Part shown: piece after piece, positions 52,153-60,746 of the stretch
Layout: each line of letters begins with the position of its first letter
Position numbering within the stretch: position 1 is the first letter of the stretch
From: an uncultured Acidobacteriota bacterium
GTDB taxonomy: Bacteria > Acidobacteriota > UBA6911
Assembly (NCBI GenBank): GCA_963843575.1
Contig: CAWJKZ010000015.1
Span: 251,911 to 315,910, forward strand
DNA: 64,000 nt
Direction of reading: 5' to 3'
The notes under the pieces: model-generated
Told to the model about the DNA's origin: nothing
The model's input: only the letters and a program-made list of their open reading frames with translations
Database searches by the model: none
Program-made: the position numbers and the translations under genes

Positions 52153-53925
52153 TCACTTCGCGGTTTTGACGATCCCGGAGCCTTCCTTGATGGTCAGAAA
52201 CTGGTTGGCGTCCACGCCGGTGAATCTCTCGACCTTCTGGGTGGTGGGCCACTTGACTTCGATCAGATCGATGCGGCGGGTCTGGCCCAGGCCGAAGTGC
52301 AGCCGCAGATCGCTCTGCGACATGACGCTCGTCCCGGAGTGGACTTCGTCCATTTGCGCGTGTTTGTCCGTTACGACGCGTACCCGCGCGCCGATGGCCG
52401 TGCGGTTGCACTGTGTCCCGAGGAGCTTGAGCTCGATCCAGTTCTGCCGGTTGCCCCCGTCGTTGCGCAGCAGCGACGGGTAATCGTTCATGTTGAGCAC
52501 GAGCACGTCGACGTCGCCGTCGTTGTCGAAGTCCCCGTAGACGGAACCGCGGCTCGAGAAGAGCGCGTTGACCCCCGGGCCCATCTCTTTCGAGACGTCC
52601 TTGAACTTACGGTTGCCAAGGTTGCGGTAGACGAGGCGGGGCGAAACGAAGTGGGCGTCCAGGCGATAGGAGTCGACTTCGGGGTAGACGTGCCCGGTGA
52701 CGTGGAAGATGTCCGTCCAGCCGTCGTTGTCGTAGTCCATGAAGCCTGCGCCCCAGCAGACGTATTGGTTGTTGACGCCGAGGCCGGAGACGAAAGTCAC
52801 GTCGCTGAAGGTGCCGTCGCCGTTGTTACGGTAGAGGTTGGGCGTGTCGTCGGAAAAATTGGTCTTGAAGATGTCGAACCAGCCGTCGCAGTCGTAATCC
52901 CCGACCCCGAGACCCATGCCGGCCTGCTCCTGGCCGTCTTCGTTGTAGGCGCAACCCGCCGTGACGGCGACGTCGGTGAACGAGCCGTCGTGATTGTTGT
53001 GGAAGAGGATGCTGGGCTCGGAATCGACCGCGACGTAGATGTCGGGCCAGCCGTCGTTGTCAAAATCGTAGGAAACGGTGCTGATGGAGTAGCGGGGACC
53101 GGGCTTCAGGACGCCCGCTTTCTGGGAAACGTCCGTGAAGGTGCCGTCCCCGTTATTGCGGTAGAGGATGTTGATCCCGGCCGGCAGGCCGTGCGGGCCG
53201 CACAGCACGGGGATACCCTTCCACTGGCAGTAGCCGGCCTGGCCGGGAGCCGGTACTTTCTTGATGTCGAGCTCGATGTAGTTCGCGACGAACAGGTCGA
53301 GGAAACCGTCGCGGTCGTAGTCGAGGAAGGTGCTGCCGGTACCCCAACGCTCTCGTTCTTCCCGCAAGCCGGCCTTCTGGGTGACGTCCGTGAATGTGCC
53401 GTCGCCGTTGTTGCGCCAGAGGACGTTGTGGCCCCAGTAGCCGCAGAAGAGGTCGTCCCGGCCGTCGTTGTCGTAGTCCCCGACGGAGACGCCCGTCCCC
53501 CAGCCGGTGCGCGCCAGGCCGGATTTCCCGGTGACGTCCGCGAACGTGCCGTCGCGGTTGTTCCGGTAAAGGTGCTGGACGGGTGCGTTCTCGGGCGTGT
53601 ACGTCTCTTCGAATCGGATGCCGTTGGTCAGGTAGACGTCCGTCCAGCCGTCCTGGTCGTAATCGAAGAAGGCGATACCGCTTCCTTTGACCTCAATTAT
53701 GTATTTCTTCTGTTTGAGGCCGCCCCAGACGTTGGGAGTGGCCAGGCCTGCCTGCCTGGCGATGTCGACGAAGGTCACACCGGCGGATTTGCCGGCCGCC
53801 GCTTCGGCGCCGGCTGCCTGAGGTGCGGGCCTGGCGGTTCGGTGCGCGAGCATGCTGAGCGTCGCAAGCAGCAGGGATCCAAACAGGATGACAGTTGCCC
53901 CGCGGGACCTCCGACTCGAATTCAT
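52153..53925 (-). CDS. CRTAC1 family protein (FG-GAP/VCBS repeats + ASPIC/UnbV)
   Basis: Repeated DYDNDG/DFDNDG and LYRNNGDGTFTDV; C-terminal NRTAIGARV...SQSDLRLHFGLG. Confidence 0.92.
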   Translation of the reverse strand: MNSSRRSRGATVILFGSLLLATLSMLAHRTARPAPQAAGAEAAAGKSAGVTFVDIARQAGLATPNVWGGLKQKKYIIEVKGSGIAFFDYDQDGWTDVYLTNGIRFEETYTPENAPVQHLYRNNRDGTFADVTGKSGLARTGWGTGVSVGDYDNDGRDDLFCGYWGHNVLWRNNGDGTFTDVTQKAGLREERERWGTGSTFLDYDRDGFLDLFVANYIELDIKKVPAPGQAGYCQWKGIPVLCGPHGLPAGINILYRNNGDGTFTDVSQKAGVLKPGPRYSISTVSYDFDNDGWPDIYVAVDSEPSILFHNNHDGSFTDVAVTAGCAYNEDGQEQAGMGLGVGDYDCDGWFDIFKTNFSDDTPNLYRNNGDGTFSDVTFVSGLGVNNQYVCWGAGFMDYDNDGWTDIFHVTGHVYPEVDSYRLDAHFVSPRLVYRNLGNRKFKDVSKEMGPGVNALFSSRGSVYGDFDNDGDVDVLVLNMNDYPSLLRNDGGNRQNWIELKLLGTQCNRTAIGARVRVVTDKHAQMDEVHSGTSVMSQSDLRLHFGLGQTRRIDLIEVKWPTTQKVERFTGVDANQFLTIKEGSGIVKTAK

Positions 53926-53982
53926 GCGGTGATTATAGTACGGGCCAGAGGCAAATCCCGCCTCCAGAAGCTCCGCGCGCCC

Positions 53983-54089
53983 AAGTGAGTCTGGGCTTCA
54001 GCCCGGACGTGTTTGCGGTCGCTATAACATGCGCCCGTCGCCGCCTAGATCAGATCAAAAGACGTCCGGGCTGAAGCCCGGACCCACTT
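53983..54089. repeat. REPIN (inverted REP doublet)
   Basis: Degenerate REP+ at 53983-54008 and REP- at 54064-54089. The spacer is the reverse complement of the spacer type at 13522-13576. Confidence 0.9.
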
Positions 54090-54103
54090 GGGCACCGGCA
54101 CGG

Positions 54104-54754
54104 CTATCGTTTCGGGTAGCCGACCGACTGCGCCAGTGCGATCTTCTGGTCGGGACGCAGCTTCATCGCCTGCGCCAGGGCTTCCCGGTCCACGCCGGCG
54201 CGCACGACCGAAGACAGCCCCTCCGAGGCGCAGAACAGGTAGACGTTTTGGGCGATGAATGCCGTGTTCGCGCCGGTGTAGAACTCCACGTCCTCCGGCT
54301 TGCTGCGGCCTGCCTTCGACAAGTCCGCGACGTAGATCAGGTTGACCGGGGCCTCCTTGACGAAGTCCTGCCCGCCCGTGGCGGCACGGAGATCCTCCGC
54401 CACCACCAGCTTAAGTTCGTGCGCCTTGGCGTCGTAAAGATACAAGCCCTCGGGCAGGGCGGCGTAGACGTCGATCTCCTGTTTGTTGTTCGCGGACGGA
54501 GCCGTGCGCTGGCCTGTCGCCCGGTTGATGCCGCAAGCAGCCCAGAGCAGGTTCGAGAGCACGGGCAGCGGGAGTTTTTCCGGGCTGAATTCCCGGCCGG
54601 ACCTGCGCTCATTGAGCGCCTGCATCAGCGGTTTGCCCCCTTCCTTATTCGCAGGAGGAAGTTTTATCGTCTGCTCGGCCTGGGCGAACGAGGAACACGC
54701 TGCCGCGGCCATGAACAGGGCTGCGAAGAGGGTGCGCAAGAACCTGGTTTCCAT
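54104..54754 (-). CDS. Nitroreductase-fold (SagB/ThcOx family) protein with signal peptide
   Basis: LMQALNERRSGREF, LLWAACGIN, RTAPSA, IAQNVYLFCASEGL, QSVGYP. Confidence 0.88.
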   Translation of the reverse strand: METRFLRTLFAALFMAAAACSSFAQAEQTIKLPPANKEGGKPLMQALNERRSGREFSPEKLPLPVLSNLLWAACGINRATGQRTAPSANNKQEIDVYAALPEGLYLYDAKAHELKLVVAEDLRAATGGQDFVKEAPVNLIYVADLSKAGRSKPEDVEFYTGANTAFIAQNVYLFCASEGLSSVVRAGVDREALAQAMKLRPDQKIALAQSVGYPKR

Positions 54755-54810
54755 GGGCGTCTCCAGATCGGGATCTACACGCCATCCAGCGTCAAATACG
54801 GGACACAGGC

Positions 54811-55809
54811 TCAGACAAGAATCGCCCTGGCGAACTCGACGCACTTCTTGACTTCCTTCGCGGCATCCGAATCCGCCGGAACATCGTATTCAAGCTCGAT
54901 GTCGCAGTGGATGGGCCACTTCTGCTTCTGGATCAGCCGGAGGATATCCGCGATCGGGGTCTCTCCCTTCCCCCAGACCTGATTGGTATTGGCGGGCGTG
55001 CTCTTGGGGCCGGTCATATCCTTGAGGTGCAGGCTCAGGATCCGGTCGTGCAGTTTTTCGATGATTCCGTTCGGGTGCAGACCGGTGCAGCCGTAGTAGT
55101 GTGCGGCGTCGAAATTGAGCATGATCGCCGGGGAATAGGCGAGGAACTTCTCGAAGCTGAAGCCGGGTTCGGCCGGTTGAGCGTGCTGGTGGAAGACCGC
55201 ATACATTTTGTGCTTCTCGGCAAAGGGGGCGAGGCGCTTGCAGGCCTCTTCGCCGATCTCGTTGCATACCGCCTTAGCACCCAGGGCCTTGGCCGCCATG
55301 AATGAATAGTCGATCTCCTCGTCGGTCCAGGCCGCCGGCGAAAATTTGGCGATGTGGATGTTTATCCCTGCATCGTTGAAGAGTTTGCGGAGATCCTCGT
55401 ACTTTTTCATCGGCACCGAAGTCCGCCATTTGCGCCGGGCCTCGGTCGAGGCGGCCGAGGCGGCTTTTAACGCCGCCCTCTGCTCCTCGGTCTGAGTCGC
55501 GCCGCGCGGCGGCCGCTGGGGTCCGCTGGGTATGCCGGCGTAATCCTCGGCCACATTGCCCATCAACTCGATCGAGTCTATTCCCGCCTGCAGGCAGTAC
55601 CCGACGATGTCCTCGGGCGTGCTGGGCATGCTTCGCCAACTGTAGGTAATAGCCCCGATGTGAACGCCGCCGAACGTGGAGTTGGGTCTGTCCATGCGAA
55701 GGGAGGCCCCGGCCGAGTGATGCAGTGGGACCAACGCAAACGCCGCGCCGGCCGTGCCGAAAAATCGCCGCCGGGATACCTTCCGTCCAACCACTTTTCG
55801 CTCATGCAT
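54811..55809 (-). CDS. Tat-exported sugar phosphate isomerase/epimerase (xylose isomerase-like TIM barrel)
   Basis: SRRRFF Tat motif; GAITYSWR, FDAAHY, LHLKD, WGKGETPI, IELEY. Confidence 0.85.
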   Translation of the reverse strand: MHERKVVGRKVSRRRFFGTAGAAFALVPLHHSAGASLRMDRPNSTFGGVHIGAITYSWRSMPSTPEDIVGYCLQAGIDSIELMGNVAEDYAGIPSGPQRPPRGATQTEEQRAALKAASAASTEARRKWRTSVPMKKYEDLRKLFNDAGINIHIAKFSPAAWTDEEIDYSFMAAKALGAKAVCNEIGEEACKRLAPFAEKHKMYAVFHQHAQPAEPGFSFEKFLAYSPAIMLNFDAAHYYGCTGLHPNGIIEKLHDRILSLHLKDMTGPKSTPANTNQVWGKGETPIADILRLIQKQKWPIHCDIELEYDVPADSDAAKEVKKCVEFARAILV

Positions 55810-55948
55810 AAATTGCCCCCTTCTTTCTGCTGAGCGGTTGAGTGCGGTCAACCGCCCGCCCAAGCAAGCCGCTTCGAGATTCTTCGAGTGCTTGGAGTCT
55901 CAGAAGTGAGCTCTAGATCCTGCCCCAAGGCTCGAAGGACCCAACACA

Positions 55949-56812
55949 TCAGGCATACAATACACGATCCATCTGCGCGGAGATGTCCGCGAGCTTCTGG
56001 CGGTCCCCGCCGGGCACCTCGGCCGTGGCCCAACCGTGGAACTCGATCTTCTTCAACTCCTCGCGGACCCGCATCCAGTCGATGTCGCCCTGTCCGATGG
56101 GGAAATCGAATCCCTTGCCCATTCCCTCCTTCATGGCGACTTTCAGGCTGTACTCCTTGAGGTGAATTTTCTCGATGCGCTTGCCGAGCACCTCGATCCA
56201 GTGTTGCGGATAGCCCCAGCGCATGACGTTGCCCACGTCGAAGTAGGCCTTCACCCAGGGGCTGCCCAACTCATCTATGTACCTGGCCGTCGTCAGCGGT
56301 TCGATGAGGAAGGTGGCCCAGACGTTTTCGACCAGGATCTTGACCTTCTTCTTCTCTGCGTACGGAATTGCCGCCCGAATCAGTTCCTGGGTGCGGCGAT
56401 AGTTCTCCATGAACGGGGTTCCCGGATCGGTGCGGACGACGTGCAGGACGGTATCCGCGGCATAGGTCGCGGCGTCGTCGATGGCCGCCTCCAGGTCCGG
56501 GTTGCTGCCGTTGGACACGCCGTGGATGGGTATGCCCACCTTTTCACTAGCCCGGGCAAGGACCTGCGGATCTGTCTCTTCTCCCCGGGTGTGCCTGGAC
56601 ACCTCCACGCCCTCGAACCCGGTGTCCTTGGCCAGCCGGAGCCTGTCTTCGACCGGGAGCGTACGATCGATCATGCCCCAGCCGACCGCCTTCCTGATGC
56701 GTCCTGCGGACTGTCGTGCCGACGCGGGTGGGGCCAGCGCCGAGCCTGCCGCGCCGGCCAGAACGAGACCGCCTGCCTGAATGAATTCCCGCCGATCGAT
56801 TTTCGTTTTCAT
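55949..56812 (-). CDS. Tat-exported sugar phosphate isomerase/epimerase (hexulose-6-P isomerase-like)
   Basis: DRREFI Tat motif; GFEGVE, LVENVW, YFDVGNV, IHLKEY, GDIDW, ATAEV. Confidence 0.88.
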   Translation of the reverse strand: MKTKIDRREFIQAGGLVLAGAAGSALAPPASARQSAGRIRKAVGWGMIDRTLPVEDRLRLAKDTGFEGVEVSRHTRGEETDPQVLARASEKVGIPIHGVSNGSNPDLEAAIDDAATYAADTVLHVVRTDPGTPFMENYRRTQELIRAAIPYAEKKKVKILVENVWATFLIEPLTTARYIDELGSPWVKAYFDVGNVMRWGYPQHWIEVLGKRIEKIHLKEYSLKVAMKEGMGKGFDFPIGQGDIDWMRVREELKKIEFHGWATAEVPGGDRQKLADISAQMDRVLYA

Positions 56813-56941
56813 ATGTGGATCCCGCCTGAAGAAGGTTTAGTGGCTCCGATCGGCGGGATCATAGTCAAACGGCGACCTGCGAGTAAAGCCGAATCCCCCG
56901 GTGGGCCGCGACGGCCCGACGCGGCCCCACCCGGGCTCCTC

Positions 56942-57736
56942 CTACCGGGGACCCTTCGTCCCTGCTCCCGGATTGGATCCGGCTGGCTGGCCGTAGAGGC
57001 ACGCGCCGTTGCCGCGCCCGACTCCCATTCCTCCCCGGCCGCGGCCGCTGCCCATTCCCCGACCACCTTGGCCCGAGAGTATCGCGGCCAGCGCCTCGGC
57101 ACCAATGTACTGCGCCGCATAGGTCTCGCCCAGGGATTGGAGCTGCCCGACAAAGGCTCTCATGTGGTTGCCCGAGCCCCGCCGCAGGTTTTCGTACACC
57201 AGCTTCAGATCGTCGTTGTCGGTTTCGGCGAGCGCCCGGTCGAGGTCGCGGATATCGAGATCTTCGATGGTGGCTCCCACCCTCAGCGCTGCGGCCAGCG
57301 AAGTCTCAGCCTGCGCGACGAGGTCCCCGTAGAGTGTCTGCAGCGCATGGTCGGAGAAAACTCCCGCGTCCCTGTTCTCCGCCGGATCGGGGAGTAGGTA
57401 CCGGTCCAGCAGCGTCTTGAGCGCATCGTAATGCCGCTGTTCGCTCTGCGCTATGTTGCCGAAGACCCGCGAGCCCCACCTCTCGTACAGCTTCGTGTAC
57501 ACGTCGCGCGCGAGCTTTTCCTCCTCACGCATGTAGGAGAGACCTGCAACTTCTGCGGAGCTAAGATCCTGCTTGGGAAGCGAAGCTAAAGCCTGGCATC
57601 CGCCGCAGTCACCCCAGCCGCGCACCCCCATCCCCATTCCCATCCCCATGCCCTGTCCCTGTTGAGCCCAACTCTGGACCGGCACAACCATAAGACCACC
57701 TATCAGAACCATTGACGCAATCCACCGCTTTGTCAT
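56942..57736 (-). CDS. DUF2202 ferritin-like secreted protein with Gly/Met-rich termini
   Basis: Signal peptide; GMGMGMGMG; MREEEKLARDVY, NIAQSEQRH, IEDLDIRDL, GSGNHMRAF. Confidence 0.88.
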   Translation of the reverse strand: MTKRWIASMVLIGGLMVVPVQSWAQQGQGMGMGMGMGVRGWGDCGGCQALASLPKQDLSSAEVAGLSYMREEEKLARDVYTKLYERWGSRVFGNIAQSEQRHYDALKTLLDRYLLPDPAENRDAGVFSDHALQTLYGDLVAQAETSLAAALRVGATIEDLDIRDLDRALAETDNDDLKLVYENLRRGSGNHMRAFVGQLQSLGETYAAQYIGAEALAAILSGQGGRGMGSGRGRGGMGVGRGNGACLYGQPAGSNPGAGTKGPR

Positions 57737-57796
57737 TTCAAACTCCTTGGTATCGATTGGGTTCGGCCGCTGCTCACCAGCGACAACAGGTAATGG

Positions 57797-57812
57797 TGCA
57801 AGGATGGCGCCA
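57797..57812 (-). promoter_or_regulatory. sigma54 -24/-12 promoter for the DUF2202 gene
   Basis: Minus strand TGGCGC-CATCC-TTGCA; upstream palindromes TGCAGATTCTGCA (57901-57913) and CGCAGTATTTGCA (~57920-57932). Confidence 0.65.
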
Positions 57813-58117
57813 GCGCGTCTGCGCGGAGTGCCAAAGCTACAACATAAACGTACGCAAGCACTTGGCCGACACCTAGACTGCAGGGTTGGCGCGGCTCGCA
57901 TGCAGATTCTGCAGTGGTGCGCAGTATTTGCACTCTCTGCCCAGGCCCCTCTGCCGCGGTTGACTATTTGGAGCATATGTTCCACGCTGGCGGCGTTCCG
58001 CTCGGGCACCCCTGAAGACCGTGACACCCCGCACGGCCTGCGGCCATCACCGTCGCGGAATGCAGGGGGAACCGGGTTCGCACGGGATCTGACGCGCCGC
58101 CGAAAAGGGGCAGGAAT

Positions 58118-58633
58118 ATGAATCCCACTGAAACGGACGACCTGCACTTGGTCGTCAGGCCGATCGGGGTCATCAGGACGCCCTTCAGGACGGCGTCCGG
58201 GACCCCGATTCAACCCGCCTATGGGCTGCAGGCAACCGGAGAGGTAGAGATCCGGGAAGAGTACGAGGCCGCACTCTCCGACATCGAGGGATTTGGGAGG
58301 GTGTGGCTCATCTACTGGCTCGACCGCGCGGCCCCGTTCAAGGCTCGCGTGCTGCCGTACCGCGACACCGTCCCGCGCGGGCTATTCGCGACGCGTTCCC
58401 CATGCCGCCCGAATCCGATCGGCATGTCAGCGGTCCGGCTTCTCCGACGGGAAGGGTGCATCCTCTACGTCGCGGAACTCGACGTCCTCGACCAGACGCC
58501 GCTCATCGACCTCAAACCCTACGTGCCGGCGTTCGATGCGCACGCCGATTCGGCCGCGGGTTGGCTGGGTGAAACCACCGAGGACCGCCGATGCGCGGAC
58601 GGACGCTTCCACTCGGAGGAGGACCTGCCGTGA
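58118..58633 (+). CDS. trmO: tRNA (N6-threonylcarbamoyladenosine(37)-N6)-methyltransferase TrmO
   Basis: PIGVIRTPF...PIQP, GLFATRSPCRPNPIGMS, LDVLDQTPLIDLKPY. Confidence 0.9.
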   Translation: MNPTETDDLHLVVRPIGVIRTPFRTASGTPIQPAYGLQATGEVEIREEYEAALSDIEGFGRVWLIYWLDRAAPFKARVLPYRDTVPRGLFATRSPCRPNPIGMSAVRLLRREGCILYVAELDVLDQTPLIDLKPYVPAFDAHADSAAGWLGETTEDRRCADGRFHSEEDLP

Positions 58634-58962
58634 GGCCGGATCGACCTCCGGTGGGGCCCGGAAAGTCCTGTGTGCCCAAGGTAGCCCTCACGGTGGCATA
58701 CCGGACGCGGCCGATCCGCGTGAATCCGTTGGATCCGCGGAATCTGCGTTCTGTTTTGGCTTTTGTCTTTCATCGCCCGTGTTGTTCTGCGTCCTGAAAA
58801 ATGCGTCAGCGTACTTATGAGACTGGGTACTTAGCGGAACGACACGCTTGCGGGCCCGAACGAACTCGGGATGTGCCTTAATCACGAAAAATCGGGTGAA
58901 AAATCGCGAATAGAGCCTCTTTTTCTGCTCATTATGTTTGTAAGTTGCTGTAAAAAGGCAGA

Positions 58963-59838
58963 TTACCTTGGTCCGTCCCCTCTTTGCCGCAGGAGTTCCA
59001 TGATTTCGAAGGGGCGCTTGCCTTGCCGGAAGGCGACTTCGCGAAGGGTCTCTTCGGGCTTCGCCGTCAGGTTCTGAGCCGCAAGTGCCGATAGTGCCTC
59101 GTCGGGGGTCATTCCTAGTTCCCGGGCGACGGCAGACATCGTGCGCTCGCCCAAGCCCGATCCCGAGCCGGGCTGGTGTACAGCATCGGCTGTCACGGCG
59201 GGCGCTGCGTTCGTTTTCGTCCCCGCAGGCTGAAGCGCTTCATATATCGCCTGCGGCGACGTGCGGTTCTGCCGGGCGACTTCCTTGAGCTTCGTCTCGG
59301 TGCCGGCCGGGACCGCGATCCCCCGCTGAGCCAGCAACCGGGATGCAGCTTCCGGCTGGATTTGCAGCCGGGCCGCGATGTCCGACATCCTCTGTTCTTC
59401 GAGGTGTGGAACAGGGGGCGACTGCGCGGGTTGGTCCCAGGATTCCTTTATCTTCTCGCCTGCCGTCATGACCGTTCCGAACGGAGGCAGGTTCGCGACG
59501 GTCGCCGCCAGGACGAACACAAACAGCCCGGCCGACAGGGCAATCTCGCGGCCGAACCGGATCCCCGAATCACCGCGCTTCTTCATGTAAGCGACAAAGA
59601 CCTTCCAGTTAAACTTCAGCAGGTGGAAAAGCCCACCGGTAAGGAAGACGACCGCGGTCAGGACGTGGATGGCCTGCCACTGGGCCTTCGTGAGCGCAAC
59701 GATCCGCCATTGGGTCCAATTTGCGATCCTCCCCGGGGGAGCGATGTAAAGCACGGTTCCCGAAGCTATCAGGGTCAGGAATGCCCATGCGAGCATGAGG
59801 GTGGTGAAGCTGCGCCAGCTGAATCGTTTCTGCGACAT
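58963..59838 (-). CDS. DUF4405 domain membrane protein
   Basis: SGTVLYIAPPGRIANW, QWQAIH, HLLKFNW (two His in TM helices); C-terminal PHLE and repeated helical modules. Confidence 0.8.
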   Translation of the reverse strand: MSQKRFSWRSFTTLMLAWAFLTLIASGTVLYIAPPGRIANWTQWRIVALTKAQWQAIHVLTAVVFLTGGLFHLLKFNWKVFVAYMKKRGDSGIRFGREIALSAGLFVFVLAATVANLPPFGTVMTAGEKIKESWDQPAQSPPVPHLEEQRMSDIAARLQIQPEAASRLLAQRGIAVPAGTETKLKEVARQNRTSPQAIYEALQPAGTKTNAAPAVTADAVHQPGSGSGLGERTMSAVARELGMTPDEALSALAAQNLTAKPEETLREVAFRQGKRPFEIMELLRQRGDGPR

Positions 59839-59913
59839 TGTGTGGTGTCTCCGAATTAATCGTCGGTGAGGTGCGTGGGGGACCACACGTGTGCGATCCC
59901 CCACGCGGAAGTG

Positions 59914-60303
59914 TTACGGCCTGCCTCCGCGATGGCCTCCCCCCTGGCCACGGCCGGAGCCGGTGCTTCCCCGCTGGCCCATTCCCGAACCGTCGCGTGG
60001 CCCGGACCTCTGCCCGGACTGCGCTCCGTAGCCCGTGCCGTCCCGAGGGCCGGCCCCGTTGTTCCCCGTGCCGTCTCCCGGACCGAAGTGCTTGCCCTTT
60101 TTCGCCTGCTGTCCCTGCGCATTCGAGATCCCGCTGCCCACCGGGTTTCCGCACAGGTCGCAGACACCGTCGTGATTGGCATCGTTTATCTTGTGCTGTC
60201 TGCTGCCGCCGGCGTTCGAGTTGCTGACCTGCGCCGACACAATCGGTGCCGCCGCGAACGCTGACGCCAGAAAGGCCGTCATTAGAACTGATTTCACTTT
60301 CAT
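59914..60303 (-). CDS. Small secreted Gly-rich protein with DxNxDGxCxxC and GPxDGTG repeats
   Basis: GGAGG RBS; signal peptide; DANHDGVCDLCG; GPGDGTG, GPRDGTG, GPRDGSG. Confidence 0.75.
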   Translation of the reverse strand: MKVKSVLMTAFLASAFAAAPIVSAQVSNSNAGGSRQHKINDANHDGVCDLCGNPVGSGISNAQGQQAKKGKHFGPGDGTGNNGAGPRDGTGYGAQSGQRSGPRDGSGMGQRGSTGSGRGQGGGHRGGRP

Positions 60304-60347
60304 CTTGGTTTCCTCCGCCGGACTATCGTGCCGGCGTCCTTACCTGT

Positions 60348-60363
60348 TGCAGTCCCTGTGCCA
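60348..60363 (-). promoter_or_regulatory. sigma54 -24/-12 promoter for the Gly-rich/DUF4405 genes
   Basis: Minus strand TGGCAC-AGGGA-CTGCA; upstream palindromes TGCAGGTTTTGCA (60464-60476) and CGCAAGTCTTGCA (60496-60508). Confidence 0.65.
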
Positions 60364-60746
60364 CTGGGGTCGACGGCCTCTAGACTTTCGTGTAAACTCC
60401 ATCCACGGCTTAGCTTACAGGTTGAAATCCTCAAGCGGAGTTTCGGCGGGCCGCCCGTCCCGATGCAGGTTTTGCATCCGATCGAGCCTATGCTCCGCAA
60501 GTCTTGCACTATGCTATTGAGATCTGGCGCCCCCAGCCAATGTTTAACGGGTGCACGCCGAAGATACGTATAATTTTAGGAATCGCCGCCGCCTGCTGGG
60601 CTGGGCCGCTACTGCCCCGGGCGTAATAGAATCACGCGGCCCGGCAGAACGTGTCCGGCCGCACAGCACAGGAGGAGAGGGCATGAAGCAAGGGGAGTGA
60701 CTCCGGCACCCCAGCCACACCTCAGGATGTCCAGAGATTCTGAGCG

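Noticed and set aside
51610-53988. Long antisense or alternative-frame ORFs (e.g. 792 aa here, 650 aa at 1846, 708 aa at 32671, 582 aa at 33883)
   Set aside because: Shadow ORFs of real genes in high-GC DNA; Arg/Gly/Pro-rich with no recognisable motifs.
54104-54754. RiPP (azole) biosynthesis suggested by the SagB/ThcOx fold
   Set aside because: No YcaO, precursor peptide or exporter nearby; it is a stand-alone nitroreductase-fold protein.
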